A stretch of 63,867 nucleotides of DNA, counting the filler. It is 10 parts of 10 records of this genome, joined end to end, with 100 filler letters (N's around TTAATTAATTAA, not from the genome) between each part and the next. Parts side by side here need not be neighbours in the genome. Positions count along the whole stretch, not along the records: positions 16,506 to 21,549 come from SRR31147125_87786; positions 21,650 to 27,646 come from SRR31147125_87795; positions 27,747 to 32,882 come from SRR31147125_87868; 7 more parts are not named here. One strand, given 5' to 3'. The position numbers and the translations under genes are program-made. A model generated the notes under the pieces. That model was not told where the DNA came from, ran no database searches, and saw only the letters and a list, made by a program, of their open reading frames with translations. Below, in pieces: positions 21,130 to 31,007 of this stretch (its first letter is position 1; each line of letters starts with the position of its first letter).

Positions 21130-21549
21130 GCGGTAAGTTATATATAGTACCTACGCCTATTGGTAATTTGGACGACATGACCTTGCGGGCTATTAAAGTT
21201 TTAAAGGAAGTAGACTTGATTCTTGCTGAAGATACGCGAACCTCTTCGAAATTGCTTCATCACTTTGAGATTCAGAAAAAGCTAACTGCTCATCACAAAT
21301 TCAATGAGCACAAAACCGTTGAAACCATTTCAAATAAAATTGAAAACGGTGAAAATATAGCGCTAATTTCTGATGCAGGAACTCCTGGAATTAGTGATCC
21401 TGGATTTTTACTAGTCAGAAAATGTATTGAAAATAATCTGGAAGTTGAATGTCTTCCGGGAGCTACGGCACTTATCCCTGCTCTAGTTAATTCAGGCTTG
21501 CCTTCTGACCGTTTCTGTTTCGAGGGTTTCTTGCCTCAAAAGAAAGGAC
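21126..21549 (+). CDS. rsmI: 16S rRNA C1402 2'-O-methyltransferase (3' truncated)
   Basis: LYIVPTPIGNL, AEDTR, ISDAGTPGISDPG, FEGFLP. Confidence 0.96.
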
Positions 21550-21649
21550 NNNNNNNNNNNNNNNNNNNNNNNNNNNNNNNNNNNNNNNNNNNNTTAATTA
21601 ATTAANNNNNNNNNNNNNNNNNNNNNNNNNNNNNNNNNNNNNNNNNNNN

Positions 21650-22449
21650 GGACAGCGCGGGGTTTTGAAAATTGAGTCTGAATCCATGCTGTTGGAAAAA
21701 TTCGATTACTCCATGCATTTTTCCAGGGAAAAAACTCTGGTTGCCGAGGAGTATTATCCTTCCGATGAAATTACCGTAAGCGGATGGGTACAGGACGGTA
21801 AACTTACTCTCCTGACTGTTACAGATCGTATTACAGAAGATAATCTGCCCTACATCGGAGTCTGCTACGCGCATCGCTGTCCCTCAATATATCTAGAACA
21901 GTACGCGCATGAAATAGAGGATGTCTCACAAGCAATCAGGAAAGAGTTTAGCGTTGAGAATGGACCTCTCTATATCCAGATGCTGATTGGTTCCAAGGGG
22001 ATTCGGATAAATGAAATTGCCTGCCGCATCGGCGGAGCGTATGAGGATGAGATTATCCCGCACTTGAGCGGTATTGATATTATCGATCTGTTGATTGACG
22101 GATCGCTGGGTATGACTAAAGAGAGTCCACTACTGCGTGATCATAACCTGTCAAAAAATTCCGGTTTCAGCATGGTACTGCTCTTTTTTGCAAAACCAGG
22201 TTTGATAACTGGCGTAGGTGATTTTCAGGATATAATCACTTTGCCGGGAGTTATCGGCGGCGCTTATCATGTAACACAGGGACAGTAATAACAGAACAGG
22301 AAAATGCAATCCAACGGGCCGGCTATGTGATCATTACCGCCGATTCACCTATAGAGCTTGATCGACGTGTAGAATCCGTGTATGACTCGCTCTTTATTGT
22401 GAATGATTCCGGTGAGAACTGTGTAATCAAATCTACTCTTCAGTCCTGA
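21650..22449 (+). CDS. ATP-grasp domain protein (5' partial; frameshift near 22280)
   Basis: LVAEEYY..DEITV, GPLYIQM, NEIACRIGG. One added G continues as QENAIQRAGYVII to TGA 22449. Confidence 0.75.
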
Positions 22450-24117
22450 CCTGGTATATAGTAACCAGCCACTCCTTTTCCTGTTGGTAACGCACAATAC
22501 GCATTGCATATGTTCTGCCGGGAAATTGGTCCACTATAGTACATTTTGTTTCCAGAAACGTCTGCATCTCACTGTAGATAGGTGCAATATTGCCGTAAAT
22601 GCCGTTCCAGAGCGGTCTTCGTTCATAAATAAAATCTATCTCTTCTGGATATATAATATGGGTAATCCCCCGCTCCAGGATATAGTTTTCAAATATCGTT
22701 CCCTGCTGTTCTTCACTCTTTTCCTTACCGGCAGTATCTGCAGATTGCTGTGAAACAACTCCAATATTTCGCCAGTCGTATGCGGAACCTACTGAAAAAA
22801 CTGGTTCTGCGTTGATATTCCCGAGGATAACCGCATCATCGGGCAGTATTGAGTCTAGTGTTTCAAGATATTCGCTGTAGGATGAATTCACAGCAATTTC
22901 GTGCCGTACCTGCAGCTGGGAAATCCAACCATTCAGAATAATTCCCAGCACAATGCAGCCGATAACTATATATTTTCGTTTCGAAAACTTATCTATGACT
23001 ACGGCTGTCAACTGGATAACAAGGAGCACAAAAAGCGGCAGTTGCAGCACAACGGACGGCTGCCCATATCTGCCGATTACTATATATCCTACCTGAAACA
23101 GTATAATCCCCGTCAGCAGCCACCCAAATCCCCACATCCGCGGTTTTTTCAGAAAGCGCTTTCTCACCAAACTGATAATGAATAAGCCAAGCGAAAAAAG
23201 TACGATCACACCATACATAAGGAAATGTCCACGTATATCCGGAAGGTAGTAGGTTCCGCTGATCCGATAGAATATCTTCCGGTAAAAATTTGGTAATTGT
23301 CCTATTTTATCCTGCAGCGGTTCAGTCACACCCAAAGTCGTACCATAACTGAAGTAATCATGAAAAAAATTTCTATTGAATCCGAGACTGATAATGACAA
23401 ACAGCAGCATCACAATTGCCGCACTTACCATATATATTCCCAAACTACGCACGTTTTTTCTGTTGGGATAGCAGCTCCACAATAGATAGAGCATGGAGGG
23501 AATTATGGTAAATACACCATTGGGATGGAACCCAAATGCCAATCCGGACACAATTCCGGACAAAATTATCAATCCTGATTGCTTTTTTTGATTGTCTGGC
23601 TGCAATGCTAATATGGTAAACTGCAGTGCTAGCAGCATAAGTAGTATCAGCCAGATTTCCTGACGGGCAAAATGACAAGCATATATGAAGTTTATATCTG
23701 TTGCCAATAAGAAAAAAGCAGCATATCCGGCAAAACGAAATACCGTTCCAAATAGTTTATCAGCAATAAGAAATGTAAGCAGGAGTGATACTGTTCCAGC
23801 AATTAGTGATAAAAGACGTAGAGCAGCCAGGAGTACCCAAACAGCGCGGTCCATCCAATTTGAATTGCATGGAAAAGAATTTTCAAGGCATGCGGATTTC
23901 TTTCATATGCATCGAAAAAGTACTCTGTTTGGGCCGGATTCATTGCCGCAGCTATAGACCTGGACAATCCGCCCAACCAGGTTTCATCCGAGTGTACAGA
24001 GGGATATTCAGTCAAAAAAGTAAGTTGAGTCACGAAAAAAAGAAGACAGAGCAAGATGAGTACAATCCATGAATTGTATGTTACTTTTATGTTCGTTCTC
24101 GCTCTTTGGTCTCTCAT
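22433..24117 (-). CDS. GT-C fold membrane glycosyltransferase (ArnT/PMT-like); frameshift near 23830
   Basis: N-terminal HSDE motif, many transmembrane helices, HFARQE, HPNG; ORFs 23803..24117 and 22433..23854 join with one added base. Confidence 0.75.
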
Positions 24118-24132
24118 AAAACCACTATACCG

Positions 24133-24165
24133 AAAAATGGGCTATTGCGAAACGCAATAGCCCAT
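24133..24165 (-). terminator. Rho-independent terminator downstream of the rhodanese operon
   Basis: Minus strand ATGGGCTATTGCG-TTT-CGCAATAGCCCAT followed by TTTT (13-bp stem). Confidence 0.8.
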
Positions 24166-24202
24166 ATAAATTTCTACGTAATTAATCCATGAAGGATTAT
24201 GA

Positions 24203-24299
24203 AGTGGGAGTTTTTGTTTTACAAAAACTTCCAAAGACAAAATAATAAATCTCCGATCTAATTACTTAGTGGAGTTTTTGAGTTTCAAAAACTCCCAAA
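24203..24299. repeat. Two direct copies of a palindromic ~32-bp element
   Basis: AGTGGGAGTTTTTGTTTTACAAAAACTTCCAAA (24203-24235) and AGTGGAGTTTTTGAGTTTCAAAAACTCCCAAA (24268-24299). Confidence 0.75.
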
Positions 24300-24333
24300 A
24301 TTAAAAACAAAAATCTATGATTTTAGTTTTTAA

Positions 24334-25251
24334 TTAGTTGCCCACAGTCGGGAATCCTTCGTTTATCCAGCCGCTGGTTCCAGTCATACCGGTTCCCATA
24401 CCACTCTTGATAGATACTGCGTCATATCCAAGCAGTCTGAGAATAGCAACTGTCTGACCAGCTGTCTGACCGCTGTAGCAGTATACGAGAATCTTGTTAT
24501 CTGCGGGAAGATCAGTGAACTGTTCCTGCATGCCTTTGGCCCAGGGAATGTTCATGGCGCCGGCAATGTGAGCTTCAGCAAATGCGTCTGCCTGTCGGAT
24601 TGAAAGAACGGTTACATCGCCTTCAGAAGCATCGATAGTGTCTTTAGCCTTAGCAGCGGAAACGATGTTGCTAGGTGCAAATTCATCAGTTCCAATAGCA
24701 TTGAAGTAGCCTTCTACAGCTGCTTTAACTTCAGCGTCAAACTTAACACCTTCGGAAGCGCCGAACTGTACCGGAGTAGTGTCTACAACTGCTTCGTAAC
24801 CTTCAACTGAAGAAACACCAAGTTTGAATCCGTATCTTACTGATTTAGCGCTGATACCGGCAACGTTAAGAGCCCCAACTGCCTGACCTGCTGTCTGGCC
24901 GCTGTAGCAGATTACATATACAACCTGATCATCGGGAAGATAATCGAGACTGTCAGCAATCGCGGAACCCCAGGGAGCATTGTATGAACCGGTAACATGT
25001 CCGGCTGCATAGTCATCAGCTTTTCTGATGTCAAGGATAAAAAGGTCCTCTCCATTCACAACTTTCTCAACAAAAGCATCTTCTTTGATAATGTTACTGT
25101 CGTCCGCTTTGTCGGCAAAATAAGCAAGTGCAGCATCTGTCACTGCGCTTGATTCAGCAGCTCCTTCTTCATCTCCGCCTGCGAATACAGCAGCGGTTGA
25201 GAAAACGAGCATAAGAGCGATAAGAATAAGTAATGCTTTGTTCTTAATCAT
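24334..25251 (-). CDS. Exported tandem-rhodanese protein with two CYSGQT active-site loops
   Basis: Signal peptide ending VFAGG (spirochaete style); ILDIR...GHV.G and HIAGA.NIP; CYSGQTAGQ twice. Confidence 0.88.
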   Translation of the reverse strand: MIKNKALLILIALMLVFSTAAVFAGGDEEGAAESSAVTDAALAYFADKADDSNIIKEDAFVEKVVNGEDLFILDIRKADDYAAGHVTGSYNAPWGSAIADSLDYLPDDQVVYVICYSGQTAGQAVGALNVAGISAKSVRYGFKLGVSSVEGYEAVVDTTPVQFGASEGVKFDAEVKAAVEGYFNAIGTDEFAPSNIVSAAKAKDTIDASEGDVTVLSIRQADAFAEAHIAGAMNIPWAKGMQEQFTDLPADNKILVYCYSGQTAGQTVAILRLLGYDAVSIKSGMGTGMTGTSGWINEGFPTVGN

Positions 25252-25377
25252 GTAAATCTCCTTTGAGTTTGGTAAATCTGCCTGTGGTTGAAATATTTAC
25301 CACTTGGCTTCTATGATCTTCCGCCGAAATACAACGAATCCAGCGTAAAATCCTTAAATATAAAATTTCAGGACAAA

Positions 25378-26292
25378 TTAGGAATTATCCTGAAAATTTG
25401 CCTGAACCTGCTGTACCACTTCCGGTTTCTGAATCGGACGTTCTGAATCGAGTGTCCATTCCAGCCATGCGCCGTCATAGAGCTTCAGATTGCGGTAACC
25501 GGCATTGTAGAGTGCCAGAAGCGTCTGTGCTCCACGGATTGAGCTCTTGCAATAAGCAATAATGGTCTGTTCCGGCAGGATGTCTGCATCTTTATAACGC
25601 AGCTTAATATTACGGATATTCCGAATTGTGCCATCGTCCCAGTTGTTGCCCTCATAATTCAGATGACAAGATCCCGGGATAGTTCCGTCATTGAATTCAT
25701 CTTCGGAACGTGTATCGATAAGAACCGTATTCTCATCAGGATTGTTTACCTGAGCAAGCATATCATCAAGATCGGCAATCAGGCTTGTATCGGCAGCTTT
25801 TGCAGAAAACACTGCAGGCGTTGCCGTTGCGGCCTGTGTAGTGACTTCCATTCCGTTTCTAACCAATTCCTGAAGACCGCCGCTTACGACTTTTACATTG
25901 GTATGACCATAAACGAGCAGAGTCCACCACAGTCTGGCTGAGTCCATGTTGTTATTGTCATCGTAAATTATTACCTGTGTATCATTACTGATACCCCGAC
26001 TGCCCATTACTTCTTCAATAACAGCGGCAGGAGCCAGCATATTGGATACAGGTTCGGATATTACGATATCGGCACGGCTGATATTTACGGCCCCAGGGAT
26101 GTGTTCCTTGGCGTAAGAAGTTGCCTTCTGCGCGTCTACCAGCACTGTCCCGGATGTGCCTATAAGTTTTATGGCCTCTTTACCGCTGATAATTACCGTT
26201 CCTGTTTCATCATAGTCCGGACCGCATCCGGTGGCTGCAACAATCAGGAAAAGAGCCAGCAGCAGGCTGATAATCAACTTTCCTTTTTTCAT
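25378..26292 (-). CDS. Sulfurtransferase lipoprotein (two-domain rhodanese/MST type)
   Basis: Lipobox ATGC, HIPGAVN, SARLWW, IDTRS..EF, YCKSSIRG, LYDGAWLEW. Confidence 0.88.
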   Translation of the reverse strand: MKKGKLIISLLLALFLIVAATGCGPDYDETGTVIISGKEAIKLIGTSGTVLVDAQKATSYAKEHIPGAVNISRADIVISEPVSNMLAPAAVIEEVMGSRGISNDTQVIIYDDNNNMDSARLWWTLLVYGHTNVKVVSGGLQELVRNGMEVTTQAATATPAVFSAKAADTSLIADLDDMLAQVNNPDENTVLIDTRSEDEFNDGTIPGSCHLNYEGNNWDDGTIRNIRNIKLRYKDADILPEQTIIAYCKSSIRGAQTLLALYNAGYRNLKLYDGAWLEWTLDSERPIQKPEVVQQVQANFQDNS

Positions 26293-26308
26293 GAAATCTC
26301 TCCTTGTC

Positions 26309-27529
26309 CTACAGATATTTTTCCAGTTCTATCTGGGTAAAACTATCAGTCAGGACATCAATGATTTTTCCATAGCGGACTACCGCAATACTTGGGAAAG
26401 CGGTAATGCCCATTCTGTTTGAAAGACCTTTGGATTTGTACACATCAACCTTCGCGAAACTGATACGTCCTTCGGTTTCCACTTCCATTGCCTCGATCTC
26501 ACGCAGCCAATTCTGACAGTTGGGGCAGGATGCATCGTATACATATACAAACTGGTCTTTTGTCAGAATCTGGTTGTTGTACTGTTCAGTTTCCGCAAGA
26601 TATCTTTCAGCGGCATATCCGGCAATAGCTCCATCACCCACAGCTGTTGAAACCTGTTTAAGGAATTTTTCATTCACGTCACCCGCGGAGAAAACACCTT
26701 CAACATTGGTTTCCATTTTCTCATTCACGTACACATAACCGCGATCGGACATATTAACCTGTCCTTTGAAAATTTCTGTATTCGGCAGATACCCGATAAA
26801 TTCAAAACATGTATCAACATCATACGGCTTTTCTTCACCGGTCCTCAGATCTTCCAGAACAACTGTTCTCAGGTGGTCATCACCTTCAAATCGTTTTACA
26901 ACGGTATTCCAGACGAATTCCATTTTCGGATTCTCAAGCGCTTCGGCTTTCGCGATTTCATTACAGTCCATTTTACCATTTTCGTGCATTACCGAAACAT
27001 AGACCTTATTGGCAAATTTCGTAAGAAACATTCCCTCTTCAATTGCCGCGTCACCGCTTCCAATGATAAGAACTTCTTTATCTGTATTGGCAGCCGCATC
27101 ACAGGTGGCACAGAATGAGATACCTTTGTCAAAAAGGAAATCTTCTTCATTTTCCGCTTTGGTAATTCTTGGACGTCCGCCAGAAGCGATAATAACAACT
27201 TTCGCTTTGTATGTTGTTCTGAAAGTCTCTACAATCTTCACCTGTCCTTCAAGCTGTACGGATTTTACGTCAGTACCCTTGAATTTCACATTGAACTTCT
27301 TGGCCTGTTTCTGGAACAGCTCCATAAGTCCGGTTCCCGTAGATCCTTCAGGGAATCCCGGGTAGTTTTCAATCTCGTTGGTATAGGTAGCAAGACCACC
27401 AACCAGCGCTTTTTCAATAAGCAGAGTTTTCAGGCGGGCACGGCCGCTGTAAATTCCTGCTGTTAAACCGGCGGCACCACCACCGATTATAACCACATCA
27501 TATTCTTCAACTTTCTTTTCTCTAGGCAT
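26309..27529 (-). CDS. Thioredoxin reductase-like flavoprotein with C-terminal thioredoxin-like domain
   Basis: IIGGGAAG, IENYPGF, GISFCATCD, GVFSAGD, TAVGDG; C-terminal CPNC and cis-Pro-type FPS motif. Confidence 0.88.
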   Translation of the reverse strand: MPREKKVEEYDVVIIGGGAAGLTAGIYSGRARLKTLLIEKALVGGLATYTNEIENYPGFPEGSTGTGLMELFQKQAKKFNVKFKGTDVKSVQLEGQVKIVETFRTTYKAKVVIIASGGRPRITKAENEEDFLFDKGISFCATCDAAANTDKEVLIIGSGDAAIEEGMFLTKFANKVYVSVMHENGKMDCNEIAKAEALENPKMEFVWNTVVKRFEGDDHLRTVVLEDLRTGEEKPYDVDTCFEFIGYLPNTEIFKGQVNMSDRGYVYVNEKMETNVEGVFSAGDVNEKFLKQVSTAVGDGAIAGYAAERYLAETEQYNNQILTKDQFVYVYDASCPNCQNWLREIEAMEVETEGRISFAKVDVYKSKGLSNRMGITAFPSIAVVRYGKIIDVLTDSFTQIELEKYL

Positions 27530-27852
27530 GCGAGTATTTCTCCTTATGTATCACAATCTACATGAAAAATTTGACAAGTAGCTTACTGCCGACATATGCA
27601 CCGGCAAACAGAAAAATCGCATAAACCCAGCCCGAAAGGGAGAGAGNNNNNNNNNNNNNNNNNNNNNNNNNNNNNNNNNNNNNNNNNNNNTTAATTAATT
27701 AANNNNNNNNNNNNNNNNNNNNNNNNNNNNNNNNNNNNNNNNNNNNGTTTGTTAATTATTTAAAAGCGCTTGAGTAGGGTTAGCTTGGGAGTTTTAACTT
27801 TGCTCAAACTCCTTAAGGGTTGTTTAAGGGATATTGTGAGGGGATATTTGGA

Positions 27853-27935
27853 TAACGTGTTAATATAAAGTTATAATAGATTGTACTTCAAAGGCGGATT
27901 ATTGGTATCCGCCTTTCTTAAAATTAACGTGTTAA
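27853..27935. promoter_or_regulatory. Two copies of a quasi-palindromic TAACGTGTTAA motif (candidate repressor operators)
   Basis: 27853-27863 and 27925-27935, upstream of the 27957 operon and flanking a GC hairpin at about 27890-27917. Confidence 0.5.
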
Positions 27936-27956
27936 CAATACATCTGGAGGCATGCT

Positions 27957-28792
27957 ATGAAGGAACTGTACAGCTACACCGTAGACAAACTTAGGGCTAT
28001 AAGCGGTAAACCAATAGAGGTCGTGGAAAATGATACCGATCTCTACTATCACATGGCTCTGTCCCTTTACGATGAAATCGAATGGAACAACGCAAGAGGA
28101 AAAAACACGGTCTGCATCCTTCCTGTCGGTCCGGTATTTCAGTACCGGCGATTCATTAAACGGCTGATCCAAAAACCGCTTGATCTTGGCGGATTATCAA
28201 TTTTCTTTATGGATGAATATTTGGATGAAAACGGTAGGTGGATAGAAAAAACCAGTCCGCTCTCATTCAGGGGTTTCATAGAAAGAGAGCTTATAAACCC
28301 TATGCCGGACGATATGAATTTCAAGAAGGAACAGATACATTTTCCTCAGCCCGGGAGGAAAAAGAGTATGACCAGAAGATGGAGAACCTCGGCGGGGTGG
28401 ACCTCTGTCATGCTGGTGTCGGAATTGTAGGGCATCTGGCTTTCAACGAACCGATATCGATCCGGGATATCAATACTAATGAATTTGCCGAACTACCCAG
28501 TCGTGTGATACAGCTGACCCGGGAGACGATTACCATAAACTCTAATACCGCGCTAAAGGGAGCGTATGATGAGATTCCCGAAACAGCGATTACGGTAGGA
28601 ATGAAGCAGCTTCTCGGTGCAAAAAAATTGAGACTCTATTTTAATCGGCCCTGGCAAAGTGCCGTGCTGAGAAAAGCTCTGGTACTGGAACCCACACCGG
28701 AATTTCCCGTAACAATTGCACGAAATCATTCCGATATTACCTATATTATCACCGAACAGGTGGCGGGGATTCCCGAATTTGCCTTAAAGTGA
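27957..28792 (+). CDS. NagB/glucosamine-6-phosphate isomerase-like protein; frameshift near 28354
   Basis: ILPVGP, FFMDEY, SFRGF, GGVDL..AGVG..GHLAFNEP, AITVGM; one added G joins the two ORFs. Confidence 0.82.
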
Positions 28793-28819
28793 AGTAGGAA
28801 GCAGACAAGAAGTAAGACC

Positions 28820-29779
28820 ATGATAGACCTGCACATGCATCTGTGCGACAGAGTAAAATACGCTTCGTTCTTATCCGTTTGTGATAAAACAACGATCACA
28901 AAGGCGGGACTTGTCTCCTTACCCGATATCTTTGGGGACAGAGGTACATACAACGACGAGGTACTCTTTGCGCTCAGAGAGAATCCGCAGCGATTTGCTG
29001 GCTTCGGGGCCTTGGATCACAAACAGGGACTTTCATCCGGGAATGGTGAAGGATCATACCGTTCCCAGGTTGTTCATATGAAGGATGCTGGTTTTTCGGG
29101 GATAAAGATCTGGTTGGGAAAGCCACTGGCGGAAACAACGGTTGGGATCGATGTAAAGAACACCAGAATGCAGGAGATGTTCTCAACCGCCGAGGCATTG
29201 GGAATACCCGTACTCTACCATGCGGCCGACCCGCCCGAATTCTGGGATCCCGGCAAGATGTATGCACAAGATACATATAAAAAGATTCCGTTTGAAAAGT
29301 GTATAGAAGATGCAATTTACTGCGCGGAACAGCATTCTGAGCTCAAAATCATTTTCGCCCACCTTATGTTTCTGGCAGATGACCTTTCCCGCTTGGAAAA
29401 TATGTTCGTTAGCCATCCTAACATATATCTTGATACCGCACCGGGGCGCTGGTTCTATGCCGTTCTGCATGAAAACAGGGAAGTAGCACGGCGATTTTTC
29501 GTGGAAAACGCGGACAGGATCCTGTTTGGCTCAGACGCTCTCTTTTTCCCGGATGACTTTTCCACTTTCGGATTATTGCCCACACAAAGTGAGACCGTAA
29601 CAACTATAGAGAGAATAGAGAAGTTTCTGACAACTGACGAAAAGCTGGATAATCCCTATTCAGCTACGCAAGCTAAATATCCGACGGTAACCGGTCTGCA
29701 ACTGCCGGTAGAGACCACCATACAGATAATGCAGAAAAACGCCGAAAAACTATTTCCGTTTTTGGGAGGTGAAGAATGA
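28820..29779 (+). CDS. Amidohydrolase superfamily protein (Amidohydro_2)
   Basis: IDLHMH, GIKI, PVLYH, IFAHL, LFGSD. Confidence 0.85.
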   Translation: MIDLHMHLCDRVKYASFLSVCDKTTITKAGLVSLPDIFGDRGTYNDEVLFALRENPQRFAGFGALDHKQGLSSGNGEGSYRSQVVHMKDAGFSGIKIWLGKPLAETTVGIDVKNTRMQEMFSTAEALGIPVLYHAADPPEFWDPGKMYAQDTYKKIPFEKCIEDAIYCAEQHSELKIIFAHLMFLADDLSRLENMFVSHPNIYLDTAPGRWFYAVLHENREVARRFFVENADRILFGSDALFFPDDFSTFGLLPTQSETVTTIERIEKFLTTDEKLDNPYSATQAKYPTVTGLQLPVETTIQIMQKNAEKLFPFLGGEE

Positions 29780-30885
29780 AGGCAGCCGTTGTTGGTTTGG
29801 GAATTGGTATGGCACACGTTGCCGGGTATCTGGATAGCCCATATGCGGATTTATATGCTGTCTGCGACCTTATGCCGGAAAGGCTTGCAAGAGTCGGCGG
29901 AACATTTACATCAGGAAGTATGCTCTGCCTGAAACCGCTGTTTACCGATGAGGTGCTGGAGAAGCGTTGGGAGGAGATCGGCGTAAAAACCTACTCCAGC
30001 CTCACGGGTCTGCTGGCCGATCCCGAGATTGATATCATCAGCCTCTGCACACCGGACTATCTGCATGCCGAACACGCCAAAGCGGTCCTTGCGGCCGGTA
30101 AGCATCTTCTGCTCGAGAAACCGATGGATGTCAACTTGCATAAAGCCCTGGAACTGAATGATGCCATCCTGAATGCGGATGTTTCCTTCGGGTTGGGTTA
30201 TGAGTTTCGGGTAAATCCGGCCGTTGTAAAGCTTCAGGAGTTAGCTGCATCCGGAAAACTGGGAGACATAAAGGGGTTTTCGCTCTATCACTTCAGGTCA
30301 CCCTTCCGGCAGGATAAATGGCATAACTGGATCCAGCATCAGGAAAAATCTGGTGGATTAATCGTTGAGGAGACCTGCCACTGGCTGGATCTAGCCCGAT
30401 TCGTAACCGGTAAAGAGATTGAGTCGATTCATTGTGTTACCGAAGGCGGCATCTTGAAAACGGTCGATTTTGAGAATATCGCATACATTAACGGAACCTA
30501 TCGTGACGGTGGGGTTTTCCAGATATCCCATATCCTGACCGGGTTTGATTTCAGTCTGCAGCTAACCGTGCATGGAACCGGTGGCACTGCCTGGTGCGGC
30601 TTGAAGGATGCCCCCATATCAGTGCTTGATAATGAACAGACAGATTACCTGGGGATTGTATGTCTTGGTAAACCTGATATGCCCGCGCAAGAGGTAAAAC
30701 GCTGGACCTGGGGTATGGAGGCGACCGAACCGTGGAATATTCGGGAGATGACAAAACTCTTTGCCGAGAAGGCTCTCTATGGACTGCCCCAACTGGCGGA
30801 TGCACAGGATGGTGTTGAATCATTGAGATGGGCCCTGAATGCTTTGGAGTCGGCTCGAAAAGGGAGCGTGGTGAGGCATAGCTGA
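29776..30885 (+). CDS. Gfo/Idh/MocA family oxidoreductase
   Basis: VVGLGIG, CTPDYLH, LLEKPM, GGLIVEETCHWLD. Confidence 0.9.
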   Translation: MKAAVVGLGIGMAHVAGYLDSPYADLYAVCDLMPERLARVGGTFTSGSMLCLKPLFTDEVLEKRWEEIGVKTYSSLTGLLADPEIDIISLCTPDYLHAEHAKAVLAAGKHLLLEKPMDVNLHKALELNDAILNADVSFGLGYEFRVNPAVVKLQELAASGKLGDIKGFSLYHFRSPFRQDKWHNWIQHQEKSGGLIVEETCHWLDLARFVTGKEIESIHCVTEGGILKTVDFENIAYINGTYRDGGVFQISHILTGFDFSLQLTVHGTGGTAWCGLKDAPISVLDNEQTDYLGIVCLGKPDMPAQEVKRWTWGMEATEPWNIREMTKLFAEKALYGLPQLADAQDGVESLRWALNALESARKGSVVRHS

Positions 30886-30932
30886 AACAGCGAAAAATTG
30901 CTTTTTAATGGTGAATAACAGTGTTTTTTCGA

Positions 30933-30977
30933 TTGACAGGAGCTTGATCCCATGATTTACTTACATAGTGTAAGTAA
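30933..30977 (+). promoter_or_regulatory. Sigma70 promoter with overlapping inverted-repeat operator
   Basis: TTGACA (30933-38), 17-bp spacer, TGnTTTACT; perfect inverted repeat TTACTTACA-tag-TGTAAGTAA at 30957-30977. Confidence 0.7.
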
Positions 30978-31007
30978 TATAAATTTTATCAATATTTGGA
31001 TGGTGTT

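Noticed and set aside
24203-24299. Mini CRISPR array
   Set aside because: Only two imperfect repeats with differing loops, and no cas genes or leader; kept as a hairpin repeat instead.
24334-27529. Selenoproteins among the rhodaneses and TrxR
   Set aside because: All active-site positions are Cys codons and there is no in-frame TGA.
27530-27646. Riboswitch upstream of the TrxR gene
   Set aside because: Small hairpins are present but no aptamer consensus is recognisable, and the region is cut by the contig end.
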